Assembly (NCBI GenBank): GCA_030324005.1
Contig: JARDVH010000042.1
Span: 48,843,185-48,907,184 of the forward strand
DNA from: Negaprion brevirostris
Taxonomy: Eukaryota
Length of the DNA stretch: 64,000 nucleotides
Reading direction: 5' to 3'
Below are positions 1 to 11,820 of this stretch, in pieces (within the stretch, counting starts at the first letter, position 1; each line of letters begins with the position of its first letter). The notes beneath the pieces were generated by a model, which had not been told where the DNA came from, ran no database searches, and saw only the letters and a list, made by a program, of their open reading frames with translations. Both the position numbers and the translations under genes were made by a program.

Positions 1-1291
1 CATGACCTGAAAAGTGATTTATATGTCTAGTGCTTTAACTTAGACTGGCCACCTGCTTTGAAATGAATAAAATGATTGGCCATTTCAGTTTCAATAGGCT
101 CGATTGTTTGGTGGTGTCATTATTTGTTTTGATAGATGAGCCCATTATGAATGCTTGCTGAGTTTCAAAAGCTGAGAAAACACTTGGCTGAGCAGAGAGT
201 TCGTTTACACAGTTGTTCAGCAGACCATGACCACGGTTTGACTTACATTTTTAGAATATTACATTAGGATTATCTGTCTTTGGTGTGGTATCTGAATAGA
301 TGTTTGTTTGTTTTCAGAACTTTACCATTCAAGAGAGCGTAACTTTTATTCAATGGGACTAGAGATTTTTTCTGTCCACTATAAAGGGTTGTGTATCTAA
401 TTGACAGTTAAATTGGATTAATAGGAATTAAGTATTTTAAAGTCCATTTCGAAGACTTCACATTACTATTACATGGCTCCTGAGGCACAATGGACATTGA
501 CTGAGTAGCTATAGAGGATAAGGAGGGTAGTGGGTTTATGAGGGACATGGAGGGAGCACAGGAATATGAAGAAGGTAGTTGACAGGGTCAGAGGTAAAGA
601 TTAGGATTCAAAAGAATAATATCAAGTGCTTAGTCAATGTCCAGGAGAATTCAGATAGGTCTGTTAACAGCTTGCCTTCGCACCCACAATCCTCCAGCGC
701 TGTCTGTGGGTGAAAATATGGCAGATGTGAGGTCCAAATTGGTGAAGGTCGAAATGCCCCAACTCATGTTTTCCAAGTTTGAAATGAAAATCCAGCCTAT
801 GTTATTCAGGCGGGGAAAAGTGCTGAATGTTGGCATTCCATATGAAATATAGAAAAACTATACAATTCCAAAGCATTGGCATCCTACATCATAAAGAGCA
901 CAAATTACATCCCAAAATAATACCAAAGTGCTTCAACAATCTAACTCACATTGAAGCTTTCTATTCATCCAGCTTTGACTGTGGCTAAGATTGCCAAATT
1001 GATAAAGTTCTGTGAAATGTCATACTGACCCTAGCTTATCAGGCTGACATTACAACCAAAATCATTCAACTATAATATTATATTCCAATGATTCAAGCAC
1101 ACAGAAACACTATTTCCTCGATTATTTACTTGTCTATGTCAATATTGGGTCTCAGTTTTTATACCTACACTTGTGTGCAAACGTAGTTTGGCAGTTCATT
1201 TTGATCTTTAAGTCAAAAAAAAACAATTGGTTCAGGCCTCATTCCAAGGCTTGAGTACACAATCTATACTTACATTTCAGTTCAGTACCGT

Positions 1292-2120
1292 GGGTTTTAA
1301 AAATTCACTTGCAGGGTGTCAGCACCGCTGGCTTGGCCGGCATTTACTGTCCATCCCTAGCTGTCCTTGAGAAGGTGGTGGTGAGTTGCCTTCTTGAATC
1401 TTTGCAGTCCCTGAGGGTGCAGGTACACCCACAATGCTGTTAGGGAGGGAGCTCCAGGACTTTGACTCAGTAACAATGAAGGGACACTGATGTATTTCCA
1501 AGTCAGAATGGTGAATGACTTGGAGGGGAACTTTCAGACGAGGATGTTCCCATGTGTCTGCCATCCTTGCCCTTCTAGATGGTAGCGGTCATGAACTTTG
1601 AAATTGCAACTAAGGAGCCATGCTCTGTTTTTGCTGTGTATTTTATAGATGATGCACATGGCTGCCACTGTTCATGGTGGAAAGAGTGAATATTTGTGGA
1701 TGTGGTACTAATTAAGTGGGCTACTTTGTCCTAGATAGCCTCAAGATTCTTCAGTGTTGTTGAAGCTGCACGCATCCAGGTAAATGGAGAGTATTCCATC
1801 ACACTTCTGACCTGTGCCTTGAAGATTATGGACAGGCTTTAGAGGTGAGTTACTCATCGCAGGATTCCAAGCCTCTGACCTGCTCTAGTAGCTACAGTAT
1901 TTATGTGGCTACTCTAGTCCAGTTTCTGGTCAATGGTATCCCCCCTTGATAGTGGGGGATTCAGTGATTGCCATTAAATGTCAAGAGGTGATGGTTTGAT
2001 TCTCTTTTGTTACAAATGGTCAATGCTTGGCACTTGTGCAGCACAACTATTGCCACTTATTAGCCCAAGCCTGGATATTGTCCAGGTCTTGCTGCATTTG
2101 AGCATGGACTGCTTCACTAT
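1292..2120 (-). mobile_element. CR1/L2-group LINE 3' fragment, decayed
   Basis: Minus strand shows RT C-terminal remnants (AQVRSVMEYSP..W...A.TTLK) and the ...gggatggacagtaaatgc... tail shared with the tRNA-SINE at 18631 and 38714. A similar copy lies at 57170-58390. Confidence 0.8.
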
Positions 2121-2354
2121 GTGCCCAGGCCAACAAATACTATCAAACCCAGTTAACTAGTCACTTATGCTATCTGTTGCTTTTTTATTGCACACAAAAT
2201 GGCTGCTGCATTTGCAACATAAAGGGCAAAAATGAATTTCATTCACATTATGCTACTTCGAGATTATGCAGATGTATCAGCGATTATATATATATATGCA
2301 AATTATTTTTCTTTACATCGATATTAGAAGTATTTTATTGGTGGAAATGCCAAA

Positions 2355-2750
2355 ACCTTGCTGGCATTTATACCAGTGGGACCTTATGGTCCTGTTGCTG
2401 TCAACCAGGTTTCCTGGTGGTGAGAGGTGTGTTCAACCCAGGGACCCGGCATGCCACCTCCCGTCACCTCGAAACACACCATGGAGGGGGAGGAAAATCC
2501 CACCCATAGATCGGAATTCTGCACCCATTCACACTGGCGGGATTCTCTGGTTTCACAAGCAGTGTCGATGGTAGTCATGATGTGGCGTCACAAGCAGCAC
2601 ACACCTGCCCACAGGTTTCCCAGCAGTGTGGGTGACAGCGATGGGAAATCCCATCAACTGCGGCGGAACCATAAAATCCCCCCACCAGTGAATGACACAC
2701 TGTCTTCAGCCCCGGTGAAACATATTGCTGAGAAGCCAGAGAATCCTGCC
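2355..2750. mobile_element. Two adjacent PIF/Harbinger-type MITEs (decayed copy about 2355-2505, better copy about 2509-2750)
   Basis: ggcgggattctctgg (2536-2550) is a 14/15 inverted match to ccagagaatcctgcc (2736-2750). Internal gatgggaaatcccatc palindrome; homologous to 6627-6831. Confidence 0.7.
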
Positions 2751-4947
2751 TAAGTTTATTCATAAATTGCACGACAGGAAATAAATTAGTCACCAATCTT
2801 TTTGAGTCTTGTTAATTTTTGTGCTCACGCCCTTTAGTGTTGCAATTCATGATTTGGTTATAGCTTCTTTTTGTCTAAGTTATCCTTACATCTCAGCATT
2901 CTTTAAAACTGAGTTTCCCTTCTGAAGAGTGAAACACTTTCTAGTTCAGCTGCCATGTCAGCATCTCAGGTACAATACAGTTTGATACAAAGTAAAGCTC
3001 ATTTTCCTCTGCCCCACAAGGGGCTTCAGATGCCAATGTCAAAAGAGCAATCCTTCTGCCCCCATTTGACAATTATCAATTCGCAGAAAATCCCTGAGAT
3101 TACAAATTTACTGTCCAATAGGAACTCAACTGAAAAATTCATTTCACAGGGGAGACATTCACCTCGTCACTCCAGTTGTATTTGATCCAAAATGTCAGTA
3201 GCTAAGTCACTGTATTTCGTAATCTACCCACCCCACCCCCTCAGCATTGTTCTTGTGGTGCCTATAGGAACATTCCACTCCCACTCTTCTGCCCCACAAA
3301 ACTAACTCAACATTGACCTATATAGGCTTGCTTGGCCTAGAATACCAGGTGTGAAAGAATGGTGTAAGCACAGCAAGTACTCCATGACCGTCATACCCAC
3401 CATGCCCTCTTCATGCTAATTAAGCCACTTAAAGAGCTTCATCTCGGTACCACTGGTATTCAACGAGTGGCAGATGCAGGATTCACCACACTAGAAGCCC
3501 AAAAAGCATACCCTTGTTGGGTTTGCTTGTAAGCTCCTGGGCAGATTTACTTGTTCAAAGGCACTCAGTTTCTGATCAAGGGACTCAACATTGCAAAGGT
3601 AGATGGCTGCTAAAAGGTTCCCGTTTCTTTGTCTCAACCAACCCCCTTCACCCTCTGCCCTTGCCTTCCACCCCGTCTTGTCCCTCTCCTGCAATCTCCA
3701 CATCATGACCCCTATCCCACTGTCACTCATCCTTAACCTCAGGTCCCTCATGAGTCTGAGCCTCTGGTGGGTGCAATGCCAGCAACTGTAACCACTCCCT
3801 GCAGCACTGCCTGCAATGGAGAGCTGACAGCCTCAGATTGGTTAGCTGCTCTCATGGGCAGATCTTCTGCCCCCAGGCTCCTTAATCCCAGATAAGGTCT
3901 GATGGTAACCACTTAACTGCCTGACACACTCTTAATGTGTCAGACCTTTCCCAATAAAGGCAATACGGTGCTCCTACTGGCTCTTCAGCAAATGGGCCAG
4001 ACTCCCATCACCTGGATTCACGTGTACCCAATGACTTTGCCCAATCTTCTTTTTACTAATGATTTTCAATCCAAGCTTTTTGAATCAACTAAAGGAAAAC
4101 ATTTTTAAGATCACTGCTGTTTCCGACACAAATCACTTATTTTACTGTATAAATATTGAACACTAATGTGCCAGCTTGGCTGATTTGGTAACACTCTTGT
4201 CTATGAAAATGTCCTGGGATCTAGCTTCATGCCAGCACTTCAAGGCGTCGGGTAGATTAGCACTGAGTATTAAGGAGTGACACAGTGTTAGCTTAAAGAC
4301 ATTTCTGAGAGATGTAATGCAATGCTAAATAAATGCCTCTTTCCTTAATAATGTTCACCTCTCACTGCCGTTGTCACTGCCTGCACCATGTTTAGACTCC
4401 TGGCGTGCACTATTTTTACCCGAGGCTTTTCAACAAAGACCACTAACAGTTCTGATACTGGTGTCAACCTTATATAAACCTAATTAGCATCGTCCAGTCA
4501 GAAGATCCATACCATGTGTCTGAATATATTATTTTTCCATGACAGCACATTGAACAAAATTAAAATGGTTTTCACATACTGTGCTCTAGTGACTTTTGAT
4601 TGTTATTATTTTCCCCTGAGCTATTTTTCATTGTGTATTTCAACTTTACTAGCAGGCTGCATGGAATAAATCAGTAAGCACCTGTTCTTCAANNNNNNNN
4701 NNNNNNNNNNNNNNNNNNNNNNNNNNNNNNNNNNNNNNNNNNNNNNNNNNNNNNNNNNNNNNNNNNNNNNNNNNNNNNNNNNNNNNNNNNNNAGTAAGCA
4801 CCTGTTCTTCAAAATTTATCACATTCATTATTCTCTGGGTGACAAAGCAAAGTCAAAGCAACAATTCAGATGCTGAAGTACTGCATTTGGTTACATAACT
4901 GATTTTGGTGATCAGTTATGATCACCTTTTGGGGATTTTTAGTGATG

Positions 4948-5297
4948 CTTTTTATTCATGCGTGGGACTTGGGCATTGCTGGCTGGCCAGCATTTATTGC
5001 CCACCCCTAGTTGCCCGAGGGCAGTTGAGAGTCAACTACAATGCTATGGCTGTGGAGTTACATGTAGGCCAGAGCAGGTAAGCATGGCAGATTTCCTCCC
5101 CTAAAAGATATTTGCGAACCAGATAGTTTTCTGACAATTGACAATGGTTTCATGGTAATCAGTAGATTCTTAATTCCAGATTTTTTAAAAATTGAATCCA
5201 AATTTCACCATCTGCTGCGGTAGGATTCAAACCCGAGTCCCCGAGAACATTAGCTGAGTTTCTTGATTAATAGTCTGGCAACAATACCACTAGGCCA
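4948..5297 (-). mobile_element. tRNA-derived SINE (shark family with ataaatgctggcc tail), near full length
   Basis: Reverse complement has tggcctagtggtattg A-box, gggtttgaatcc B-box, and the same core and tail as 38714-39070. Confidence 0.85.
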
Positions 5298-5989
5298 TGG
5301 TATACATTTTGGCCTTAATAAACTTGTGAGCGTTCAGTTATCCAATCATGGATCTACGTCACTGGGTGTGAATGGCACAAATTATTCATTTCTTTTTGAC
5401 TATTCGCTCTGAATAATCAGGGGATGTTGATCAAAAGGTGAGGAGTTTAAGAAATCCAAATATTAAATGTAGTTTAGTGCAGAGTAGTTCTGTACTTAAA
5501 ATGATAGAAACAACAGAGTCCATTACACCTGCAACTGGAGGCACCTACGTGAATCCAACTACTCTACTCTCATGATGTTTGATATTCTTCACTTTCAAAT
5601 AATTATCCTGTTCTTTGCAAAATGTATTTTTCTTTGTTCTCAGGATGAGAATGACAGTGACATAATCACATTTATCATTTACCCTAACTGCAACGATGGA
5701 AGACATTAGCCTCCTGCCTCACTTCAATTCTTTGTATTAAAAGGGTGGGTGACTTGCTAGACCTTGTCAAAGCACATTACAAGACAGATATCACATATAG
5801 GCCAGACGAGACACATTATGGAAGGACATTAGTAAAGCAGTTAGGTAATTGCAGCAATTCTTNNNNNNNNNNCATAGTCATTTTCTGGTCTTGGGCCACA
5901 GATTATCAGAGTTAAACTGAATTTCTCAAATAATAATCAGAACGTCCAAACCTTTTCCTCTAATTTAAATAATTAAAATTACATTTACT

Positions 5990-7300
5990 AAACACATGAT
6001 CTATAAACATGACACCACCACTACGACCAAGCATCATGTCCTGTGTAAATAATGCTACAGTTTCTGCCTCAGTGTGGCAGTCCTTCCTTATGTGCAAAAA
6101 TAAATACTTAAAAAGGTTCCCTGTATTCCTTTAGTGATGGTCTTCAATTTGTACCATTAAGTTATCAATTTGCCAACCAATGGAAATATCTTTTTATTAT
6201 TTATGCTTTTAAAATCTTTCATAAATTTGACAACCCCTTAACCTTTTCTACACCAAGGAAAAATCACACTTCTTTAAGTCTTAGTTTTATATTTAAGCAT
6301 TGTATTTGGGTATAATTCTAGTGAATCTTCACTCTGTCTTTTCCACATCTCTGATATTCTCTCTGTAATGGGATACAGATCGATGCAAAATATTTTAACA
6401 GTGGCCAAACCAATATCTAGCACAAATACAACATCATTTTCTCACTTATATCTCCATTGTCTCTATGTATAAAACCCAAGGACCTCCTTTCTTCTCCAGG
6501 CCTTTTCCACCTGCACTCCTTTCTTTTCCTGGCCTTTTCCACTTGCACTCTTCTCCTTTAAAGAATTGCGTACTCCTTGATCTCTCTGTTCCTCCATTTT
6601 ATTCAGAATTTAGCCATTAAGGAAAGAGGCAGAATTCTCCAACTGTTTACGCTAGTGAGATTCTCCAGTCCCTGCCTACTTGGGTGTGCGGGGGTTTCCC
6701 GCCAGTGTGGGATGGCGTCAATGGGATTTCCCATTGATGGTGCCGGGATCAGAGAATCCCGCCACTAACAAACAAGGCACCACCTCCTGCCAGTGGGAAA
6801 CATGTGGCTGGGAAGTTGGAGAATCTTGCTTCACAGTTCTTCTTACTATTCCTTTTCCTGAAATATATTTTTCCACAATTCTGTGCATTGAAATGCACCA
6901 GCTACCTACCCACCCACTTCATTAATGTGTTTGCATCTCTCACAATCTCCTGCATTCTTCCTGACAGTTTGCCACGCTCCATAGCTTGGCACCAACGTCA
7001 AATTATTTATAGAAATAGAAAACAAATGAGATGNNNNNNNNNNCAGCCCACATCTTATCTGTCTAAAATACATACACTTAGTATAACTGTTTGTTTTCTG
7101 TCTTCTGATCATCCTTCTATCTACATGGCTACATTCCTTTTAACACCATGTGCCTTTAGATCTTCATGGTGCCTCATCGAACACCTTCTACAAAAGGCTA
7201 GATGGACTAACTTAAGTTGTAGGTTAATTCTAGACAGGGAACACTTATTCCCCAGGTACAATGCACAGGAAAAAAAGGGATGACAGACCCATAAAGAGGG
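5990..7300 (-). mobile_element. Highly decayed CR1 LINE fragment, interrupted by a MITE
   Basis: Pyrimidine-rich remnants colinear with the clearer minus-strand CR1 at 49388-51375. Confidence 0.5.
6627..6831. mobile_element. PIF/Harbinger-type MITE
   Basis: Imperfect TIRs gcagaattctccaact / agttggagaatcttgc. Internal perfect hairpin tcaatggga-tt-tcccattga (6718-6737). Confidence 0.75.
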
Positions 7301-8270
7301 CTGGGATTTTTTTTCTATTTTTTGGAACTTTGACTCATTTCTTATCAAAATATTTTTGGAAAGATATGACTAAAAACTCTGCTGTGTCTACTCCACATTT
7401 CTTTGGTATTCTTACACCTTTTAACCTTTTTTTCTTTTGAATATTTTATACCCACCAGTCGCTTTGCCACACTCTACTTTTACCTCTTTCTGTAAAAATG
7501 AATGTAAATGACTTAAGATCAAAGTTCCTATTAAAAAATCTGGGCATACCAGCTGGTTACCTCAATGCCTTACATACTCATAATTCATCAGTTATTCATC
7601 ACTTATGTACCGGTAACTAAACATAAACACATACTGTAAATAGTTCAACTTCTTTTGAACATATATTCAAAAAGGGGAATGTTGTAATATGCCTTTAAAG
7701 AATAGCAGCATGACATTACTAGGAGTTGTGTCAAATAGTCTGGCCTTAGTTTCATGTTTGTTTTTGAGCAGAGCACACGCAATTCTGCTGCTGATGTCTT
7801 CATGCTTTCTATCTTTGTATAAATGTTCTTATGTACCTATTCTAAATAAATGAACACACAAGACATTTATCCAATCACTTGTGAGTGATTGGTAGTCTTT
7901 ATATCATTATAATAACTCAACACTTACAAGTTTCAGAAATATTAAAATCATTTCTATCATCAAAGGACTCCGTCGCAAAAAAAGATGTAACTGTTTTGCT
8001 CCCAAGTCATACCAGTTCAGAGCTTTAATACAATGTTTGTAAATAGGCAAGTTGACTAAAATATGTATAGAGTAAATTCTTATTATCAGTATAACATAGA
8101 ATGATGATTTACTTTTTGGCTCTCAATGACCATGGTATAGATAGATTTACCTTGCATTCACAGCACAAGTACAGGCTGTTTGGCCCAACAAGTCTCTACC
8201 AGTATTTTAAGTTCCACACATGCTCCCTCCCATCTTACTTCATCTGATCCTATCAACATAGACGGACAAT

Positions 8271-8397
8271 GAGAGGGATTTTATAGTCTTGCTCATACAG
8301 AAAATGTAAAATCCCACCTAAGGTCAACAGACTTTCCCATGCTCTGCCCCTCAACCACTCCAATTCTCATGGCAGGCGTAGCAGTAAAATTCCAGCC
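8271..8397. mobile_element. Short Harbinger-type MITE with 3-bp TSD AAT
   Basis: Ends gagagggattttat ... gtaaaattccagcc, flanked by aat (8268-8270) and aat (8398-8400). Reverse-orientation homolog of 63196-63321. Confidence 0.75.
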
Positions 8398-8859
8398 AAT
8401 ATCTCCCAACTGGAACAAGAATTCCATGTAAAATGATTAGATTCAGTTTTAGATTTGTTCAATTTTAGCTCTAAGAATATCGCTCTTCATCACAAGCTTA
8501 GGTATATTGCACTGATACCCTGTCTGTGGAAAATACAGAAGAGTTTAGCCTACAGCCTCATGATAGATACCACAAACATTTCCTGCAAAACACTATCAAG
8601 GCGTTGCCTTGGCCTAGCTCTGGCTGCTGCTCTTAACCACCTGACTGCTGACAGCTGNNNNNNNNNNNNNNNNNNNNNNNNNNNNNNNNNNNNNNNNNNN
8701 NTCCCACTGTTCCAACTCATCAGTTTGAGATGAGGAAGAAAACAAACAGAATAAATATAATGCTTAAAGCAATTTAGAATTAATAAAATTACAAAGAGTA
8801 ATGTAAAAATGAAGGAAAAGGAGGCATGAAGAAAAGCCAAGGGTGAAAACATAACTTGA

Positions 8860-9610
8860 TTGGGTCTTACATTTATGACAGGAAACCTGGCACAAATCTT
8901 CCAGAAATGGCTTAATATTGGAGAGATGCCTATGACTGGTTAAACATAGATGTTGCTCTCACTTTTAAAATAAAAAAGTAGCAAAAATGGTCCAAAAAAA
9001 CTATAGGCCAGTATCATAGAATTCATAGAAGCCCTATAGTACAGAAAGAGGCCATTCGGCCTATCGATTGTGTACTGGCCACAATCCCACCCAGGCCCGA
9101 CTCTATAAATATGGAAATAGGCTGCATGTCTGCTCCACTATGTCCACATTAAAACCCAAAGTGGATGAGATGGAGGCAAGTTATATTTGGATTACTGATC
9201 TTTACTAATATTACATCCCACCCAACTCAAGTATATCCATGCTTGGAGTTAAAATTCCCCCACGTTTCATAGAGCGAGTAGTAAATCTGTGGAAAAATAC
9301 TACCTTGTGAAATAGTAATAATAGTTATTATTTAGACAGCCAAATGCAAATTAGATAGATTTTTGCCAGAAAATATTTGAGCAATTAGCAACATGAAGGT
9401 TGCTATATGTATTTAGATGAACAGATAACTTTGGACCTATAACTCCCAAAACTATCCATCACAGGGATTTCCTCAGCCTCATGTCTCATCTTTTTTGGAC
9501 TAATTGAGGAAGACTCATTGTCTTCATTATTCAACAGCTCCATCGTCATTGTATCATGCAAGTACCCAGATGGCAGAGGTAGATGGATAAACTTGGTCTA
9601 GCAATTTCTA
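8860..9610 (+). mobile_element. Decayed CR1 fragment containing an antisense HE1 SINE 3' tail (about 9015-9098)
   Basis: Remnants of P.DW...V...FKK...YRPV and the CR1 3' region. The tcatagaa...gaggccattcggcc...acaatcccacccaggccc segment is the reverse HE1 tail. Confidence 0.55.
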
Positions 9611-10464
9611 TGTTGTTAAAAATATAGAGTCATGAATTCATCAAGAAATGAAGGTTTGTGATGTTTATGTGAAAAACATTTGGCTGTGTTCAAACGTATA
9701 ATGCACGTAACTTGCAAACAGCCGTAAAACAAAATCATTGTACAATGCATGTAAACCTCAGAGAAAAATATGTACGGCAAAGTGTCTGATCAAATACCAG
9801 TTCCTCTTCCTACAGGATGAGGTCCTTTTCTACTTTGTAGTCTTCACCGCTTGGGACCATTCTTCTTCACGTAAACAGCCATGGAATATCCAAAAAAAAA
9901 TCCACAATTAACAAGCAAGATGAAACAATCTATTTTATGATTTATTTCAAGAAAGGTACCACATGCAGATATATGCAGTTGTATAACTGGAATGCTCTTA
10001 ATCTGCTATTTACTGCAGGCTACCTTGACAGAACAGTTTTGGACATGTGTGCAGTGTTTTTTTTAAATAAAGTCTCTGAGACTCCCGATGAGTTGTCATT
10101 GCTTGTTTGTGACTAAATCTGATCACGAAAATGTTTTTTTCATACTGATAATATTTCACACACTGCTAAACCAAAGTAAAATCCCAGTTAAAGATGTAAA
10201 CAATCTGACTTCAGGAAAATAAGTGTTCAAATTGTTGCATTTCAAGCTCTGATATGAAGATTCAGATATGAAAGACAAAGCTATCCAATTAGGTAATCTG
10301 ATTTCCTTCTCACTTCCCAAGTGATTTAATAACACAGTGTGTAACAATTTCAATTTTAATTAAATCCGGGAAAGGTTGCAGCTCTGTAAAATCTCTAATA
10401 CACTGAGAACGCTGATAAGTTGAACGACAATATTATAAGAGAGGTATCCCGAATGTAATAAAAG

Positions 10465-10645
10465 AAATAAAAAGACTTGCATTTCTGTTCTGTCTTTCAT
10501 GACCTCAGGACATCCCAAAACACTTCATAGTCAATTAAGTACTTCTGAAGTGTAGACACTGTAGTAACACTATATTCAAAAGAAATCATTGATTTTGGAG
10601 TACTTTGGGATGCCCTAAAGATGTGGTATCAGAATGCAAATGCAG
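10465..10645. repeat. Two DeuSINE/L2-type 3' tails in inverted (foldback) arrangement
   Basis: About 10470-10568 is the reverse complement of the ...ttcagaagtac..ttgggatgtcctgagg...aaatgcaagtcttt tail; about 10569-10645 is a decayed forward copy. Confidence 0.6.
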
Positions 10646-11149
10646 AGCAACAGCACTAGTGTAACGAGTAAATATTTTAAACAAAACTTAATTCCATTGT
10701 CAATGAAAGCATTTTCATTTTCAGTTTGACACAAAAGTGGAATGAGGGAAAGTGATGTCTGGAGGTGAAGACCTTTTTTTAATCTTCGGTCTTATGCACC
10801 ATAGTAATTAAAAAAGAACTTTTATTGGTCACTTGTCCCAAGTCACACTGTTAATTTTCTTGGAAACTTCCTCAGGCCTAATAATGATTTATGGATAACT
10901 GTAATTTTAAACCTCGCCAATGCCTGAGTACTCAAGACTTAGCTACAATTATAGTCACCAAGAAGTTTTCTCTGCATATAGTAGACTATTATCATGACCC
11001 AATTGCAATATTCTTTCTTTGTCCATAGCGGTTGTGTTTCTACTGGTATTGTCTGACAGAAATACATAGGCCAGAATCTTCTGATTTTGGTGGATGTCTC
11101 ACATAATATTCCAAGTGGTGAGAGATCACAGAGCTCCAAAATTCACAGG

Positions 11150-11820
11150 TACCTGAGTGACTTAGTGCATTAAATATAAAAGGCTAGTACACAGGGACAG
11201 CAAATAATTAGGGAGCCCCACTAGAATATTATTGCTATTGCAAGGGGAATTGAATGTAAAAGTGGAAAGATTATGCCTCAGTTACACAGGACATTGGTGA
11301 GACCATATGTGGAGCACTGTTTGCAGTATTGATCTCCTTATTTAAGGAGGAGGTTTAGGAGATTAATATCAGGAATCGGCAGGTGGCCTGATGAGGAAAC
11401 GTTGAATAGGCGAGACTTGTATTCACTGGAGTTTAGAGAAGTAAGAGGAGACTTGATCGACACATTTATGATCTTGAGGGATAGTGACAGGGTAAATGTG
11501 GAGAGGATTCTCCTCTTGTGGGAGAATCTAGAACTTGCAGTCACTGTTTAGAAATAAGGAGTCACTCATTAAGTTGGAAATGAAGAACATTGTTTCCTCT
11601 CAGAGGGTAGTAAGTTTTTGGCACTTCCTGCCTCAAAAGGTGGTGGAAGCAGTCTTTGAATGTCCTTAAGGCAGTGATCGCTAGATTCTTGATAAACAAG
11701 TGGGTGAAAGGTTTTTGGGGGCAGGCAGAAGGTTACAGTAAGATCAACCATGATCCTATTGAATGGTGGAACAGGCTTGAATGGCTAAGTGGCCTACTTC
11801 TGCTTCTAATTCATATGTTT
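11150..11820 (+). mobile_element. CR1 LINE 3' end
   Basis: LVRP..E.C.Q..SPYLR, LYSLEFR..RGDLI motifs and tail gaatggtggaacaggcttgaatggc...ggcctacttctgcttcta. Confidence 0.85.
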
